Of a DNA stretch of 64,000 bases, positions 26,924-36,990 are shown one piece after another. The stretch is from contig JAFSSS010000081.1 in the NCBI GenBank assembly GCA_017450925.1, positions 18,090 through 82,089 on the forward strand, in the 5' to 3' direction. Both the position numbers and the translations under genes were made by a program. Below the pieces are notes generated by a model that was given only the letters and a program-made list of their open reading frames with translations, searched no databases and was not told where the DNA came from. This stretch comes from Ruminococcus sp. (GTDB lineage Bacteria > Bacillota > Clostridia > Oscillospirales > Ruminococcaceae). The stretch's first letter is position 1. Each line of letters starts with the position of its first letter.

Positions 26924-28198
26924 CTATCCTTCAGCTTCAAATACGATTTTTCCGCGGCAGACGGTGTAAAGGTTTCTGCCCTTCAGCCTCTCGCCCTTGA
27001 AAACGCTGTTTTTGCTCCGGGAGTGGAGCTTTTCGGGCTCGACCACCCATTCAGCGTCCGGGTCAAAAATGCAGAGGTCAGCCTCGCTGCCGACCTTTAT
27101 CTCCGAAAGGGGCAGCCCCATTATTTTCCTCGGATTGACCGACATTACCTCGGCTATCCTGCTTAAAGACATTTTTCCGGTGTGATACAGCTGTGTAAGC
27201 GTTACGGCAAGAGATGTCTCAAGACCCACTACGCCGTTGGGGGCTTTCTCAAAGTCAGCCTTTTCCTCGGCGGTGTGCGGAGCATGGTCGGTGATGATGC
27301 AGTCGATAGTTCCGTCAAGGACAGCCTCCTCAACTGCTTTTCTGTCCCGCTCTGTCCTAAGCGGGGGAGACATACGGTAGTCTGCATCCCGGCTAAGCAG
27401 CTTTTCATCGGTATATGTGAAGTAATGGGGAGCAGTCTCACAGGTGACCTTTACGCCTTCCCGCTTTGCAGCCCGTATTATATTTACCGAGCCGTAGGTA
27501 GAAACGTGGCAGATGTGAACTCTCGCATCGCAGGATGCCGCAAGGGTTATCTCACGGGCGGTAATGCTGTCCTCACTGGCTCTGTCCATACCTCTGACAC
27601 CCAGCTTTTCTGACACCTCACCCTTGTTGATTATTCCGCCGTTGATGATGTCCAGATCCTCGCAGTGAGAGGTAAGTATAAGACCGTTAGCATTGGTCTG
27701 CTCCAGCGCCTGCCGCATAAGCTCTGCATTCTTGACAGGCTTTCCGTCATCGGAGATAGCAACGATCCCGGCTTTTTTCAGAGCCTCGTAATCGCAAAGC
27801 TCCCTGCCCTCCATGCCCTTGGTAACGCAGGCATAGGGTATAACTCTTATGCCGGTCTGCTCCGCCTTGTCAAAAACATAGCGAACCAGCTCCGGCGAGT
27901 CGATAGGCGGCTTTGTATTCGGCATACAGGCCACACCGGTAAAGCCTCCCGCCTTAGCAGCAGCAGCCCCGGTGAGTATATCCTCCTTGTGGGTCAGTCC
28001 CGGGTCACGGAAATGGACGTGCATATCAAAAAGCCCCGGCATAGCTACAAGCCTGCCTTTACCGTCGATAACTCTGTCGGCAGACTTTTCCTCACTGCCG
28101 ATATAGGCGATACTCTCGTTTTCAGTCAGTATATTGGTCACGCAGTCGAGCCCTTGAGTGGGATCGACCGCGTGAACGTTTTTAAACAGTATTTTCAT
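26924..28198 (-). CDS. pyrC: Dihydroorotase
   Basis: DMHVHFRDPG, MPNTKP, HCED, TDHAPH. Confidence 0.95.
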   Translation of the reverse strand: MKILFKNVHAVDPTQGLDCVTNILTENESIAYIGSEEKSADRVIDGKGRLVAMPGLFDMHVHFRDPGLTHKEDILTGAAAAKAGGFTGVACMPNTKPPIDSPELVRYVFDKAEQTGIRVIPYACVTKGMEGRELCDYEALKKAGIVAISDDGKPVKNAELMRQALEQTNANGLILTSHCEDLDIINGGIINKGEVSEKLGVRGMDRASEDSITAREITLAASCDARVHICHVSTYGSVNIIRAAKREGVKVTCETAPHYFTYTDEKLLSRDADYRMSPPLRTERDRKAVEEAVLDGTIDCIITDHAPHTAEEKADFEKAPNGVVGLETSLAVTLTQLYHTGKMSLSRIAEVMSVNPRKIMGLPLSEIKVGSEADLCIFDPDAEWVVEPEKLHSRSKNSVFKGERLKGRNLYTVCRGKIVFEAEG

Positions 28199-28210
28199 TC
28201 CGGCCTGCCT

Positions 28211-28765
28211 TTATACCTTCTTGGCAGAGAAGTGCTGACCGTGCGAATAAAGCTCCAAGGTCTTTTCGGGCATTATCATGTTAAGTACAACGCCTTGATT
28301 GTCCTTGGTGTTCTTGATAAGGAATGTACACTTGGGAGAATCCTCCTTAGCGTAGATCTCCTTGTTTACGTTCTTGGGGTCTTTTGTGGTGTTCTTTGCG
28401 TCGGACAGATTTGAGTAGGAGATCTGTGCAAAGAAGAACAGGTTGACGTGCTGATCGAAGGCCTCGGTATGATGTCCCGGAAGCATGAAAAGCTTGATAG
28501 CCTTTCTTGATTCATCCATTCTGTAAAATCCGTCAGCAATGACCTCGCCGGACTTGTTCTCGGAATATTTGAACTTTCCGTTTTCGTCCAGCTCCAGCTT
28601 CTTGTCGCTTTTCTCGTCGATCCATGCGCCGGAGATCATCAGTCTGCCGTCACTGCCCGCATCGGTGTTGGGCGATGCAAACACATAGCTTCCCACGATG
28701 ATGCCGCACACTACGATCAGAATGAAAATGATTACGAGAAATATCTGTAGGATCCTTTTAGCCAT
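28211..28765 (-). CDS. Hypothetical membrane-anchored protein
   Basis: N-terminal hydrophobic helix, RBS GAGG, position within the operon. Confidence 0.7.
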   Translation of the reverse strand: MAKRILQIFLVIIFILIVVCGIIVGSYVFASPNTDAGSDGRLMISGAWIDEKSDKKLELDENGKFKYSENKSGEVIADGFYRMDESRKAIKLFMLPGHHTEAFDQHVNLFFFAQISYSNLSDAKNTTKDPKNVNKEIYAKEDSPKCTFLIKNTKDNQGVVLNMIMPEKTLELYSHGQHFSAKKV

Positions 28766-28804
28766 TTTTGATTACCTCTTTCTGTATATGTTCCAGAGCT
28801 TACC

Positions 28805-30472
28805 TTAGCCCTGCTTGAGTATCGCGCCGGTGTTTGCCGAAGTAACAAGCGAAGCATATCTTGCAAGGTATCCGGTGGTGATCCGGGGCTCTCTGGGCTG
28901 CCACTTTGCTTTTCTGGCCGCCAGCTCCTCGTCAGAGACCTTGACGTTTATCTTGTTGGCAGGAATGTCTATGGAGATCATGTCTCCCTCCTCGATAAGA
29001 GCGATAGGACCGCCCACCGCTGCCTCGGGAGAAACGTGACCGATAGAAGCGCCTCTTGTGGCACCGCTGAAGCGTCCGTCAGTGATAAGCGCCACAGACG
29101 AGCCCAGTCCCATTCCCGCGATAGCGGATGTAGGGTTGAGCATCTCTCTCATTCCGGGGCCGCCCTTGGGGCCCTCGTAGCGGATGACCACCACATCTCC
29201 GGGATTGATCTTTCCGCCTCTGATAGCCGCGATAGCGTCCTCCTCCGAGTCAAATACTCTTGCGGGGCCCTCATGCACCAGCATTTCGGGAGCAACGGCC
29301 GAGCGCTTTACAACGCAGCTGTCGGGAGCGATATTTCCTCTAAGCACCGCGATGCCGCCTGTTTTGGAATAAGGATTGTCGAGCGGTCTGATGACCTCGG
29401 GATCACGGTTCCTAACACCCTTGATATTCTCTCCGACGGTCTTTCCCGTAGCGGTTATGCAGTCGGTGTTCAGCAGTCCTGCCTCTGACAGCTCGTTCAT
29501 TACAGCATAAACGCCGCCGGCCTCGTTAAGATCCTCCATATAGGTAGGACCCGCAGGAGCAAGGTGGCATACATTCGGTGTCCTCGAAGAGATCTCGTTA
29601 GCAATGTCGAGATTAAGGTCGATGCCGCACTCGTGGGCGATAGCCGGCAGATGCAGCATTGAGTTGGTGGAGCAGCCGAGAGCCATATCCACGGTGAGAG
29701 CGTTCATAAATGCCTTCTCGGTCATTATATCCCTCGGGCGGATATTCTTTCTGTAAAGCTCCATTACCTGCATTCCTGCGTGCTTGGCGAGCTTCAGTCT
29801 TTCCGAATATACAGCCGGGATAGTTCCGTTTCCTCTAAGACCCATGCCCAGCACTTCAGTCAGACAGTTCATTGAGTTTGCGGTGTACATACCCGAGCAG
29901 CTTCCGCAGGTGGGGCACACCTTGTTCTCGAATTCCTCCACGTCCTCGGCGGTCATCTTTCCGGCATCATACGAGCCTACTGCCTCGAACATACTGGAGA
30001 GGGATCTCTTCTCGCCCTTTACATGACCCGCCAGCATAGGGCCGCCTGAAACGAACACGGTAGGAACATTAACTCTTGCCGCCGCCATAAGCAGGCCGGG
30101 AACATTCTTGTCGCAGTTGGGTATCATTACCAGAGCGTCGAAGTGATGAGCCAGCGCCATGCATTCTGTGCTGTCAGCGATAAGGTCGCGGGTGACAAGG
30201 GAATACTTCATTCCCTGATGCCCCATTGCTATGCCGTCGCAGACTGCGATAGCCGGGAAAACGATAGGCGTACCGCCTGCCATAGCCACGCCCAGCTTGA
30301 CGGCCTCAACGATCTTGTCGATGTTCATGTGACCCGGAACGATCTCGTTGTAGCTCGAAACGATGCCTACCAGCGGCCTTGACATTTCTTCCTTTGTCAT
30401 TCCGAGAGCATTGAAAAGCGATCTCTGGGGAGCCTTGTCAACGCCCTCGCAGAAATAATTTTGTTCAGACAT
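28805..30472 (-). CDS. ilvD: Dihydroxy-acid dehydratase
   Basis: [46 protein letters not shown]. Confidence 0.97.
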   Translation of the reverse strand: MSEQNYFCEGVDKAPQRSLFNALGMTKEEMSRPLVGIVSSYNEIVPGHMNIDKIVEAVKLGVAMAGGTPIVFPAIAVCDGIAMGHQGMKYSLVTRDLIADSTECMALAHHFDALVMIPNCDKNVPGLLMAAARVNVPTVFVSGGPMLAGHVKGEKRSLSSMFEAVGSYDAGKMTAEDVEEFENKVCPTCGSCSGMYTANSMNCLTEVLGMGLRGNGTIPAVYSERLKLAKHAGMQVMELYRKNIRPRDIMTEKAFMNALTVDMALGCSTNSMLHLPAIAHECGIDLNLDIANEISSRTPNVCHLAPAGPTYMEDLNEAGGVYAVMNELSEAGLLNTDCITATGKTVGENIKGVRNRDPEVIRPLDNPYSKTGGIAVLRGNIAPDSCVVKRSAVAPEMLVHEGPARVFDSEEDAIAAIRGGKINPGDVVVIRYEGPKGGPGMREMLNPTSAIAGMGLGSSVALITDGRFSGATRGASIGHVSPEAAVGGPIALIEEGDMISIDIPANKINVKVSDEELAARKAKWQPREPRITTGYLARYASLVTSANTGAILKQG

Positions 30473-30496
30473 TTTATTTACCTCCGATTTCATTTA

Positions 30497-31450
30497 TCAG
30501 TGTGAAAGACCCAGGAACGCCGCGCCGATGATGCCGGCATCGTTGCCGAGCTTGGCAATAACGATCTCGGTATTCTTTGCGCTGTTCTTGGTGTAAACCT
30601 CCTTGGCTACAAGCTCCTTCAGCGGCAGCAGCAGCGGGTCGCCCTCGTTGCAGACGCCTCCGCCGATACAGAGGATATCAGGCTGGAAAATGTTGATCGT
30701 GTTGGCGATGCCGCAGGCCAGATAGCGGATGTACTTGTCAACTACCTCCTTGCCGGTCTTGTCGCCGGCACGCATAGCGTTGAAGGCTGTCCTTGCAGAG
30801 ACCTTGCCGTCCTCCTCGTTCATCTTCCACATAACGGAGCTTTTGTCATCATACATTGCTTCCTTTGTCATCCTTATAAGTCCCGTAGCAGAGGAGAACA
30901 CCTCAAAGCAGCCTTTTCTGCCGCAGGTGCATTCCGGGCCGTTGGGGTCGATAACGGTGTGACCGATCTCTGCACCGGCAAAGTTTGAGCCGGAGTAGAT
31001 CTTTCCGTCGATGATGATGCCGCCGCCCACGCCTGTTCCGAGAGTGATGCATACAGCGTTCTGTGCGCCCTTTGCGGCTCCTGCCACATATTCGCCGTAG
31101 GCTGCCGCGTTCGCATCGTTCTCAACATAGCAGGGCTTGTCGATAAAGGTTTTCATCAGATCGACAACGTGGAAATCGAGGAATCCTAAGTTGTTGGAAT
31201 ATTCGATGATGCCCTTTTCACTGTTGGCGGTTCCGGGAGTGCCGATGCCGACAGCCTCGATCTGCTCAAGGGACAGTCCTGCCTTTTCAACAGCTTCAAG
31301 AGCCACCTTTGCCATGTCCTTGCAGATAGCCTCTGCCGGTCTGGGAAGGTTGGTCTTGCAGGAGGCCTTTGCGATGATCTCGAACTCATCGCTCACAACT
31401 CCCGCCTTGATGTTGGTACCGCCTAAGTCTATGCCTATGTAGTATTTCAT
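30497..31450 (-). CDS. glk: ROK-family glucokinase
   Basis: GIDLGGT, ENDANAAA, GTGVGGG, GAEIGH, CTCGRKGCFE. Confidence 0.88.
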   Translation of the reverse strand: MKYYIGIDLGGTNIKAGVVSDEFEIIAKASCKTNLPRPAEAICKDMAKVALEAVEKAGLSLEQIEAVGIGTPGTANSEKGIIEYSNNLGFLDFHVVDLMKTFIDKPCYVENDANAAAYGEYVAGAAKGAQNAVCITLGTGVGGGIIIDGKIYSGSNFAGAEIGHTVIDPNGPECTCGRKGCFEVFSSATGLIRMTKEAMYDDKSSVMWKMNEEDGKVSARTAFNAMRAGDKTGKEVVDKYIRYLACGIANTINIFQPDILCIGGGVCNEGDPLLLPLKELVAKEVYTKNSAKNTEIVIAKLGNDAGIIGAAFLGLSH

Positions 31451-31470
31451 GTCAATGCTTCCTTTACAAA

Positions 31471-32430
31471 TTATTTTCCGATCTTGGTAAGAACAGCCTT
31501 GCATTTTCCGTTCACGGTGTATTTTCCTGTTCCTGCCGTGATGAAGATGCTGTCGCCCTTTTTGAACTCAACGCAGTCGCCGCCGCTAACAGTGCCCTCG
31601 CCCTCAAGGAACAGCAGGTTATTGAAGCTGTCTCCGCCTGCCTCAAGCTCCGCCTTGCCATCTATGTCAAGGATATATGTGGAGAAGTATTCACACTCCG
31701 CCATAAGCTTTGAGGTATAGCCCTCGTGCTTTTCAACAGGTGTTTCCGGGTACTTCTTGGCGGGAGCCAGCCTTGTAACGTCCTTGGCCTTTTCAACGTG
31801 AAGCTCTCTCGGCTTGCCGTCCTTGCCGACACGTCCGTAATCGTAGATGCGGTAGGTGGTATTTGAGTTCTGCTGTATCTCGGCGATAAGTATGCCCTTG
31901 CCGATAGCGTGGAGCGTGCCTGCCTCGATGAAGAACACATCCCCCTTATGCACCGGGACGCTGTTGGTCACCTCCAGCAGAGTATTGTCCGCAATCCTCC
32001 GGGCAAACTCGTCCTTGCTTATTTCCTTCTTGAAGCCGTAGAGAAGCTCGGCTCCCTCATCGCAGTCCACAACGTACCACATCTCGGTCTTGCCGTACTC
32101 TCCCTCGACTCTAAGCGCATACTCATTGTTCGGATGCACCTGCACCGAAAGATTGTCCTTTGCGTCGATAAGCTTTATCAGAATGGGGAAGCTTTCAAAT
32201 CTCCCGCAGTTTGTTCCGAGAACTTCCTTGCCGTACTTGTCGATATACTGCTGGAGCGTAAGCCCCTTGTCCTTGCCCTCTGCCACCACCGAGGGGCCGT
32301 CCTTGTGACAGGAAAGCTCCCAGCTCTCCGCCACCTTGTCGAAGTCGCACCTTTTGCCGAAATCATCCCGGAGCCGTGTACCGCCCCAGATATAGTCCTT
32401 GAACGCTGGTTCAAGCTTGATAACTGCCAT
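31471..32430 (-). CDS. manA: Class I mannose-6-phosphate isomerase
   Basis: IWGG, AESWE, LSVQVHP, GKTEMW, GTLHAIG, EIQQNS. Confidence 0.93.
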   Translation of the reverse strand: MAVIKLEPAFKDYIWGGTRLRDDFGKRCDFDKVAESWELSCHKDGPSVVAEGKDKGLTLQQYIDKYGKEVLGTNCGRFESFPILIKLIDAKDNLSVQVHPNNEYALRVEGEYGKTEMWYVVDCDEGAELLYGFKKEISKDEFARRIADNTLLEVTNSVPVHKGDVFFIEAGTLHAIGKGILIAEIQQNSNTTYRIYDYGRVGKDGKPRELHVEKAKDVTRLAPAKKYPETPVEKHEGYTSKLMAECEYFSTYILDIDGKAELEAGGDSFNNLLFLEGEGTVSGGDCVEFKKGDSIFITAGTGKYTVNGKCKAVLTKIGK

Positions 32431-32565
32431 ATATACCCTCCTTGCACAATCATCCTATTATACTTTATTATTATATCACAGCTTGTAGCTCCATGTCAAT
32501 AAAAAAGGGGTTACAAATTTAACTTTTTGTGAAGAATAAAAAGAGCAGAAAACGAAGAGCAAAAA

Positions 32566-32664
32566 AACAGCGAACGGTCAAAGCGTCCGCCCTGCGGACA
32601 GATCAAAAGGATCGTCGCCGCAGGCGTTGCCTTGACTATTCGCTGTTCACTGTTCATTACTCAC
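32566..32664. repeat. Long imperfect palindrome with a heptamer-repeat arm
   Basis: AACAGCGAACGGTCAA pairs with TTGACTATTCGCTGTT; inner CCTGCGG/CCGCAGG and GATC/GATC; heptamers TATTCGC TGTTCAC TGTTCAT TACTCAC. Confidence 0.7.
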
Positions 32665-34051
32665 TAAGGATGCCGTGTCCCTTCGCCTTGATGACCTCTA
32701 CCACCTTGTCAACGAGCCGCTGGCAGGTATCTTGTGCGGGAGCCTCAACCATTACTCTCACAAGGGGCTCTGTGCCGCTCTCGCGCACGAGTATGCGCCC
32801 GGAGCGTCCAAGCTCCTCACTTACAGCCTCAACGGCCTTTTGCACATCGGGATCCTCCTGCGCAGCCTTTTTGTCCTTTACCTTGACATTCACAAGCACC
32901 TGCGGATAGATCGTCAGCGGTTCAGCCAGCTCGGAGAGCTTTTTCTTCCGTGCCATCATGACCTCCATGATCTTCATGCTGGTGAGGATGCCGTCGCCGG
33001 TGGAGGCGTATTTGGAGAAGATGATGTGTCCCGACTGCTCGCCGCCCAGACGGCAGCCATTCTTTATCATGTATTCATAAACGTATTTGTCACCGACCTT
33101 GGTCTTTGCATAGTCTATGCCGAACTCGTCAAAGGCCTTGTAGAGTCCGAAGTTTGACATCACCGTGGTAACGACGGTGTTGTTCAGCAGCTTGCCCCTC
33201 TCCTTCATGTATCTTCCGTAGATGTAGAGGATGTGGTCGCCGGTGATGACATTGCCCTTTTCATCTACGCAGAGACAGCGGTCGGCATCGCCGTCATAGG
33301 CAAAGCCCACGTCCATGCCGTGTTCTACAACATATTTGCACAGCCCCTCAATGTGTGTCGAGCCTGCATTGTTGTTTATGTTCACTCCGTTGGGCTCGGC
33401 GTTGATAACGCTTGTGGATGCTCCCAGTGCGTCGAATACGGATTTTGCAATGTTCCATGATGCTCCGTTGGCACAGTCAAGAGCCACCTTGACGCCTCTG
33501 AAGGAATACATACCCAAAGAGATCAGATATCCGATATAGCGGTTTCTTCCCGAGACATAGTCAACAGTGCAGCCGATATGCTCCTTTTCCGCAAAGGGTA
33601 TCTCCTCCCATTTCTTTCCGAAGACCTCAAGCTCTCCGTCAAGATAAGCCTCCACCAGCTCGATAGTCTCCTCGCTCATTTTCTCGCCGTTGCGGTTGAT
33701 AAGCTTGATGCCGTTATCGTAATAGGGATTGTGGCTGGCAGAGATCATGATCCCGCAGTCAAAGTCATCTACTCTTGCAACATAAGCCACGGAGGGGGTG
33801 GTGGTAACGTGGAGCAGATAAGCGTCGGCACCGGAGGCAGTCAGACCGCCTACCAGCGAGTATTCAAACATATAGCTTGAACGTCTTGTGTCCTTGCCGA
33901 TGACTATCTTGGCAGGCTCACTTTCCCCTGCACGGCGCTTCAGCTCACCGAAATACCAGCCCAGAAATCTGCCTACCCTGTAAGCATGGTCGGCAGTAAG
34001 AGTAACGTTGGCTTCGCCCCGGAAGCCGTCAGTACCGAAATATTTACCCAT
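32657..34051 (-). CDS. glmM: Phosphoglucosamine mutase
   Basis: YFGTDG, ISASHNP, DGDADR, GGEQSGH, RESGTEP. Confidence 0.95.
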   Translation of the reverse strand: MGKYFGTDGFRGEANVTLTADHAYRVGRFLGWYFGELKRRAGESEPAKIVIGKDTRRSSYMFEYSLVGGLTASGADAYLLHVTTTPSVAYVARVDDFDCGIMISASHNPYYDNGIKLINRNGEKMSEETIELVEAYLDGELEVFGKKWEEIPFAEKEHIGCTVDYVSGRNRYIGYLISLGMYSFRGVKVALDCANGASWNIAKSVFDALGASTSVINAEPNGVNINNNAGSTHIEGLCKYVVEHGMDVGFAYDGDADRCLCVDEKGNVITGDHILYIYGRYMKERGKLLNNTVVTTVMSNFGLYKAFDEFGIDYAKTKVGDKYVYEYMIKNGCRLGGEQSGHIIFSKYASTGDGILTSMKIMEVMMARKKKLSELAEPLTIYPQVLVNVKVKDKKAAQEDPDVQKAVEAVSEELGRSGRILVRESGTEPLVRVMVEAPAQDTCQRLVDKVVEVIKAKGHGILSE

Positions 34052-34081
34052 TTTATGCACTCTCCAGTATATAGAATTATA

Positions 34082-34741
34082 TCAGAACTTCTTTGCAATA
34101 TCGTCCGGCGCCTTGTAGATGCTGTTGGCCGGAACGACCCCTCTCACCCTTGACAGAGGATAAATGTTGGTGTTCCTGCCGATGACAGTCCCGGGGTTCA
34201 GCACGCTGTTGCAGCCCACTTCAACGAAATCCGCCAGCATTGCACCGAACTTTTTCAGACCTGTCTCTATAGGCTCTCCCTCACCCTTAACTACAACAAG
34301 GGTCTTATCCGACTTGACGTTTGAGGTGATAGAGCCCGCGCCCATATGCGACCTGTATCCGATTATGCTGTCGCCCACATAGTTGTAATGCGGCACCTGT
34401 ACATTGTCGAATATGATAACATTCTTCAGTTCCACCGAATTGCCGACAACGCAGTTGTTCCCCACAAGAGCCGAGCCTCTGATAAAGGCGCAGTGCCTTA
34501 CCTCCGTTTCCGCACCGATGATACAGGGCGCTCCGATATAAGCAGACGGGAACACCTTAGCGGTCTTGTGTACCCATACCTGCGGGCTGACCTCTGTATA
34601 AAGCTCCTTGTCCAGCCTTTCGCCGAGCCTGACGATAAGCTCCTTTATGCCTCCGAGAGCCTCCCACGGGTAAGTGAATCCGCCGAGGTACTCCTTTGCC
34701 AGTGTATGTTCCAGATCGTACATTTCAGAAATCTTAAGCAT
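34082..34741 (-). CDS. Stand-alone left-handed beta-helix acyltransferase (like the GlmU C-terminal domain)
   Basis: Hexapeptide repeats, VGNSVELKN, PHYNYVGDS, GAGSITSN; no NTP-transferase domain. Confidence 0.8.
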   Translation of the reverse strand: MLKISEMYDLEHTLAKEYLGGFTYPWEALGGIKELIVRLGERLDKELYTEVSPQVWVHKTAKVFPSAYIGAPCIIGAETEVRHCAFIRGSALVGNNCVVGNSVELKNVIIFDNVQVPHYNYVGDSIIGYRSHMGAGSITSNVKSDKTLVVVKGEGEPIETGLKKFGAMLADFVEVGCNSVLNPGTVIGRNTNIYPLSRVRGVVPANSIYKAPDDIAKKF

Positions 34742-34848
34742 TGATACAGCCTCTTTCCGATTATTTCGTGCTATGCATACTGCATATACCATAACATTAT
34801 AGCACAGCCGCCTTGAAATGTCAACTTAAAATGCCTGTTCCGATATAC

Positions 34849-34876
34849 AAAAAACGGCGCAGAAAACCGCGCCGTT
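34849..34876 (-). terminator. Intrinsic terminator
   Basis: AACGGCGC/GCGCCGTT stem with an A tract on + (U tract on -). Confidence 0.65.
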
Positions 34877-34888
34877 CTGTAAAATGTT

Positions 34889-36616
34889 CTATTGATCTAT
34901 CCTTATCCTGCCCACCGGGTTACGCCTGTAGTCGGTGTAATCTGCGTTGTAGTTCAAGTCGAAGTTCTTGGCCTCGGCAAAGAGCGGGTCGTAAAGACGG
35001 CCGTTCAGGGTCAGCCAGCCGTGAGAGGTGTCATGACATACATAGATGTCGCTATAGCCTATCTCAAGAAAGAGGAACGCCGCCGCGCAGGCGTCTGAAA
35101 TGCAGCAGCCCCGGCCTTTGTCAAAGATGTCGTTGGCAAAGTCAACATCCCATTCGTCCGTATAGGGATAGAGGTTCGACAGCAGCCTCCACCTAAAATA
35201 TGGATGCTTGCTGTACTCCCATACGAATACCTTATAGCGCTTTGTCTCCATGCTGTCGGAGGGGTTCGTTACCTCCTGCACCACCTTGTGGGCTTTCATC
35301 ATGACCTCGATGCGCTTCCTGCCGTAGTCTGTCAGCGAAACAGCCTTGCCGCTCTTATCCACCTTGATCTTGTTCACGGTGGTGTTCGTCACCAGCTTGC
35401 CGGAAATGCGGTCGAAGCAGTAGTAGCTGCCGTTTATCTCCTGCCAGCCCGTCTGCATAACGCCCTTGGCATCATAGTAATAGGTGGCACCGTTTTTAGT
35501 TACCATTCCCGCTCCCGCGATCTTGAAGGTCTTGGAAAAGGAACCTGTATAGTTTCCCTTGCCGGTGACTGTAATCGTCGCCGTGCCCTTGGCAGTATTG
35601 TTTTTGTAGGACACTGTAAAGTCCTTACCCTTGACGAGCGTTTCCGTCTTGTATTTCAGCGTCGGAACAGGAGTCACCGCTGCTCCGGTATAGCCGTAGG
35701 TGTCAGCCAGCCCGGATACTGCCGCCCCGGAGATGTCTGCCGGAACAACATAGAATATCTTCTTCCCGGTGCCGGTGTAAAGACCCTTCCCCGTTACGGT
35801 GATAGTTGCCGTGCCCACGTTGCAGCAGTTGGCGATAGTGTAGGTGTAATCCTTATTGAAAGTCAGCTTGTTTCCGTCGGTGTCCCGGACGGTGACGGTG
35901 GGCTTCAGATCTCTGCATCTGTAAGCGTAATTCAGCGTTGGAACAGTTATCTTCCCGATGCCGCCCTTTACCGTCTTGGATCTAAGGGAGCTGTAGTTTC
36001 CGTATCTGACGCCGTCCTTGGTGACAAATGCGCGCATTTTGATATAGTATTTTTCTCCCGGCTCGGGAATGTTTTTTAGGTTGACATAGGTCCTGCCCGA
36101 GCTTGCCCAAACTGTAGTGCTGTGCTGATCGGTGAAGTCCCTGTTCTTGCTGTAGAGTATCTGATAGCCCTCCGCCGACGGGTCAGCCTCCCAGTTCACA
36201 ACGATGTTGCCTTTACCCGTCTCGAGAGTGGTTATCGCAATGGTAGCGGGCTTGACAATAAAAGTTCTGCTGACACTGCCCTCGTAATCGCCGATGCCTA
36301 CAGCTGTCAGCCCGGCAATGCCCGGTCGGTCGTTGTCGGTATAGACAAGCCTGTAGTCAACATTCTTTGTCAGCTTCTTTCCGTCAAGCTTGACAGTAAC
36401 CTCGTCAGCACCGTTCCTTGTATCCGGGGTAACAGGAACACCCTTGTAGGTGTAGGAGGCGTATCTAAGCGTGATCTTAGCAGACTCTATAGACTGCTTT
36501 TGCTCCGTGATTATGGGTACGATCTCCGTTTCGGAGTCAACGGCACAGGCTGGAACAGCAGCGGCGCTTCCCAATGCAGACACAACTGCCAGCAGTGCTA
36601 TCAGTTTTTTCTTCAT
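34889..36616 (-). CDS. Secreted surface protein: Ig-like repeats, FN3-like domain, cell-wall-binding repeats, transglutaminase-like C-terminal domain
   Basis: Signal peptide; three Y.Y...KDY....N...GTATITVTGKG.Y-type repeats; YYYDAKGVMQTGWQ; GRGCC...SHGW...YDP. Confidence 0.8.
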   Translation of the reverse strand: MKKKLIALLAVVSALGSAAAVPACAVDSETEIVPIITEQKQSIESAKITLRYASYTYKGVPVTPDTRNGADEVTVKLDGKKLTKNVDYRLVYTDNDRPGIAGLTAVGIGDYEGSVSRTFIVKPATIAITTLETGKGNIVVNWEADPSAEGYQILYSKNRDFTDQHSTTVWASSGRTYVNLKNIPEPGEKYYIKMRAFVTKDGVRYGNYSSLRSKTVKGGIGKITVPTLNYAYRCRDLKPTVTVRDTDGNKLTFNKDYTYTIANCCNVGTATITVTGKGLYTGTGKKIFYVVPADISGAAVSGLADTYGYTGAAVTPVPTLKYKTETLVKGKDFTVSYKNNTAKGTATITVTGKGNYTGSFSKTFKIAGAGMVTKNGATYYYDAKGVMQTGWQEINGSYYCFDRISGKLVTNTTVNKIKVDKSGKAVSLTDYGRKRIEVMMKAHKVVQEVTNPSDSMETKRYKVFVWEYSKHPYFRWRLLSNLYPYTDEWDVDFANDIFDKGRGCCISDACAAAFLFLEIGYSDIYVCHDTSHGWLTLNGRLYDPLFAEAKNFDLNYNADYTDYRRNPVGRIRIDQ

Positions 36617-36717
36617 GCGGCATCTCTCCTTACTGAAATGATCTGTATCTATTATAACATAAACCGGCCTGTCATGTCAATTGGAAGTTATTGTTTAGGG
36701 TGATATATGTTGACCTG

Positions 36718-36746
36718 TTGACAAACTGTTCTGAATGTGTTAAAAT
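36718..36746 (+). promoter_or_regulatory. Sigma-A promoter upstream of the two-component operon
   Basis: TTGACA-N17-TAAAAT with TG extension. Confidence 0.6.
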
Positions 36747-36763
36747 GTTATCAGAATGTTTTA

Positions 36764-36782
36764 ATTTGACCAACGGTCAAAT
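36764..36782. promoter_or_regulatory. Perfect palindrome, candidate repressor operator
   Basis: ATTTGACC-AAC-GGTCAAAT just downstream of the promoter. Confidence 0.5.
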
Positions 36783-36990
36783 GTTAGGTCTTTGTGAGTT
36801 TAAATAACATTTTTTGACATCATTTTGTGGCGGCATTGTTAAATATAACAAATGGTTTTATTAAGTTTACAATCTGTTAATAATTCGTTAATCATATATG
36901 CAATATTAGTGTAGCCTCTTTTGGTATAATTAGAATATATATTATAAACAAATTTTGAATGAAGAAATATATTATTCTGGAGGGATGAAT

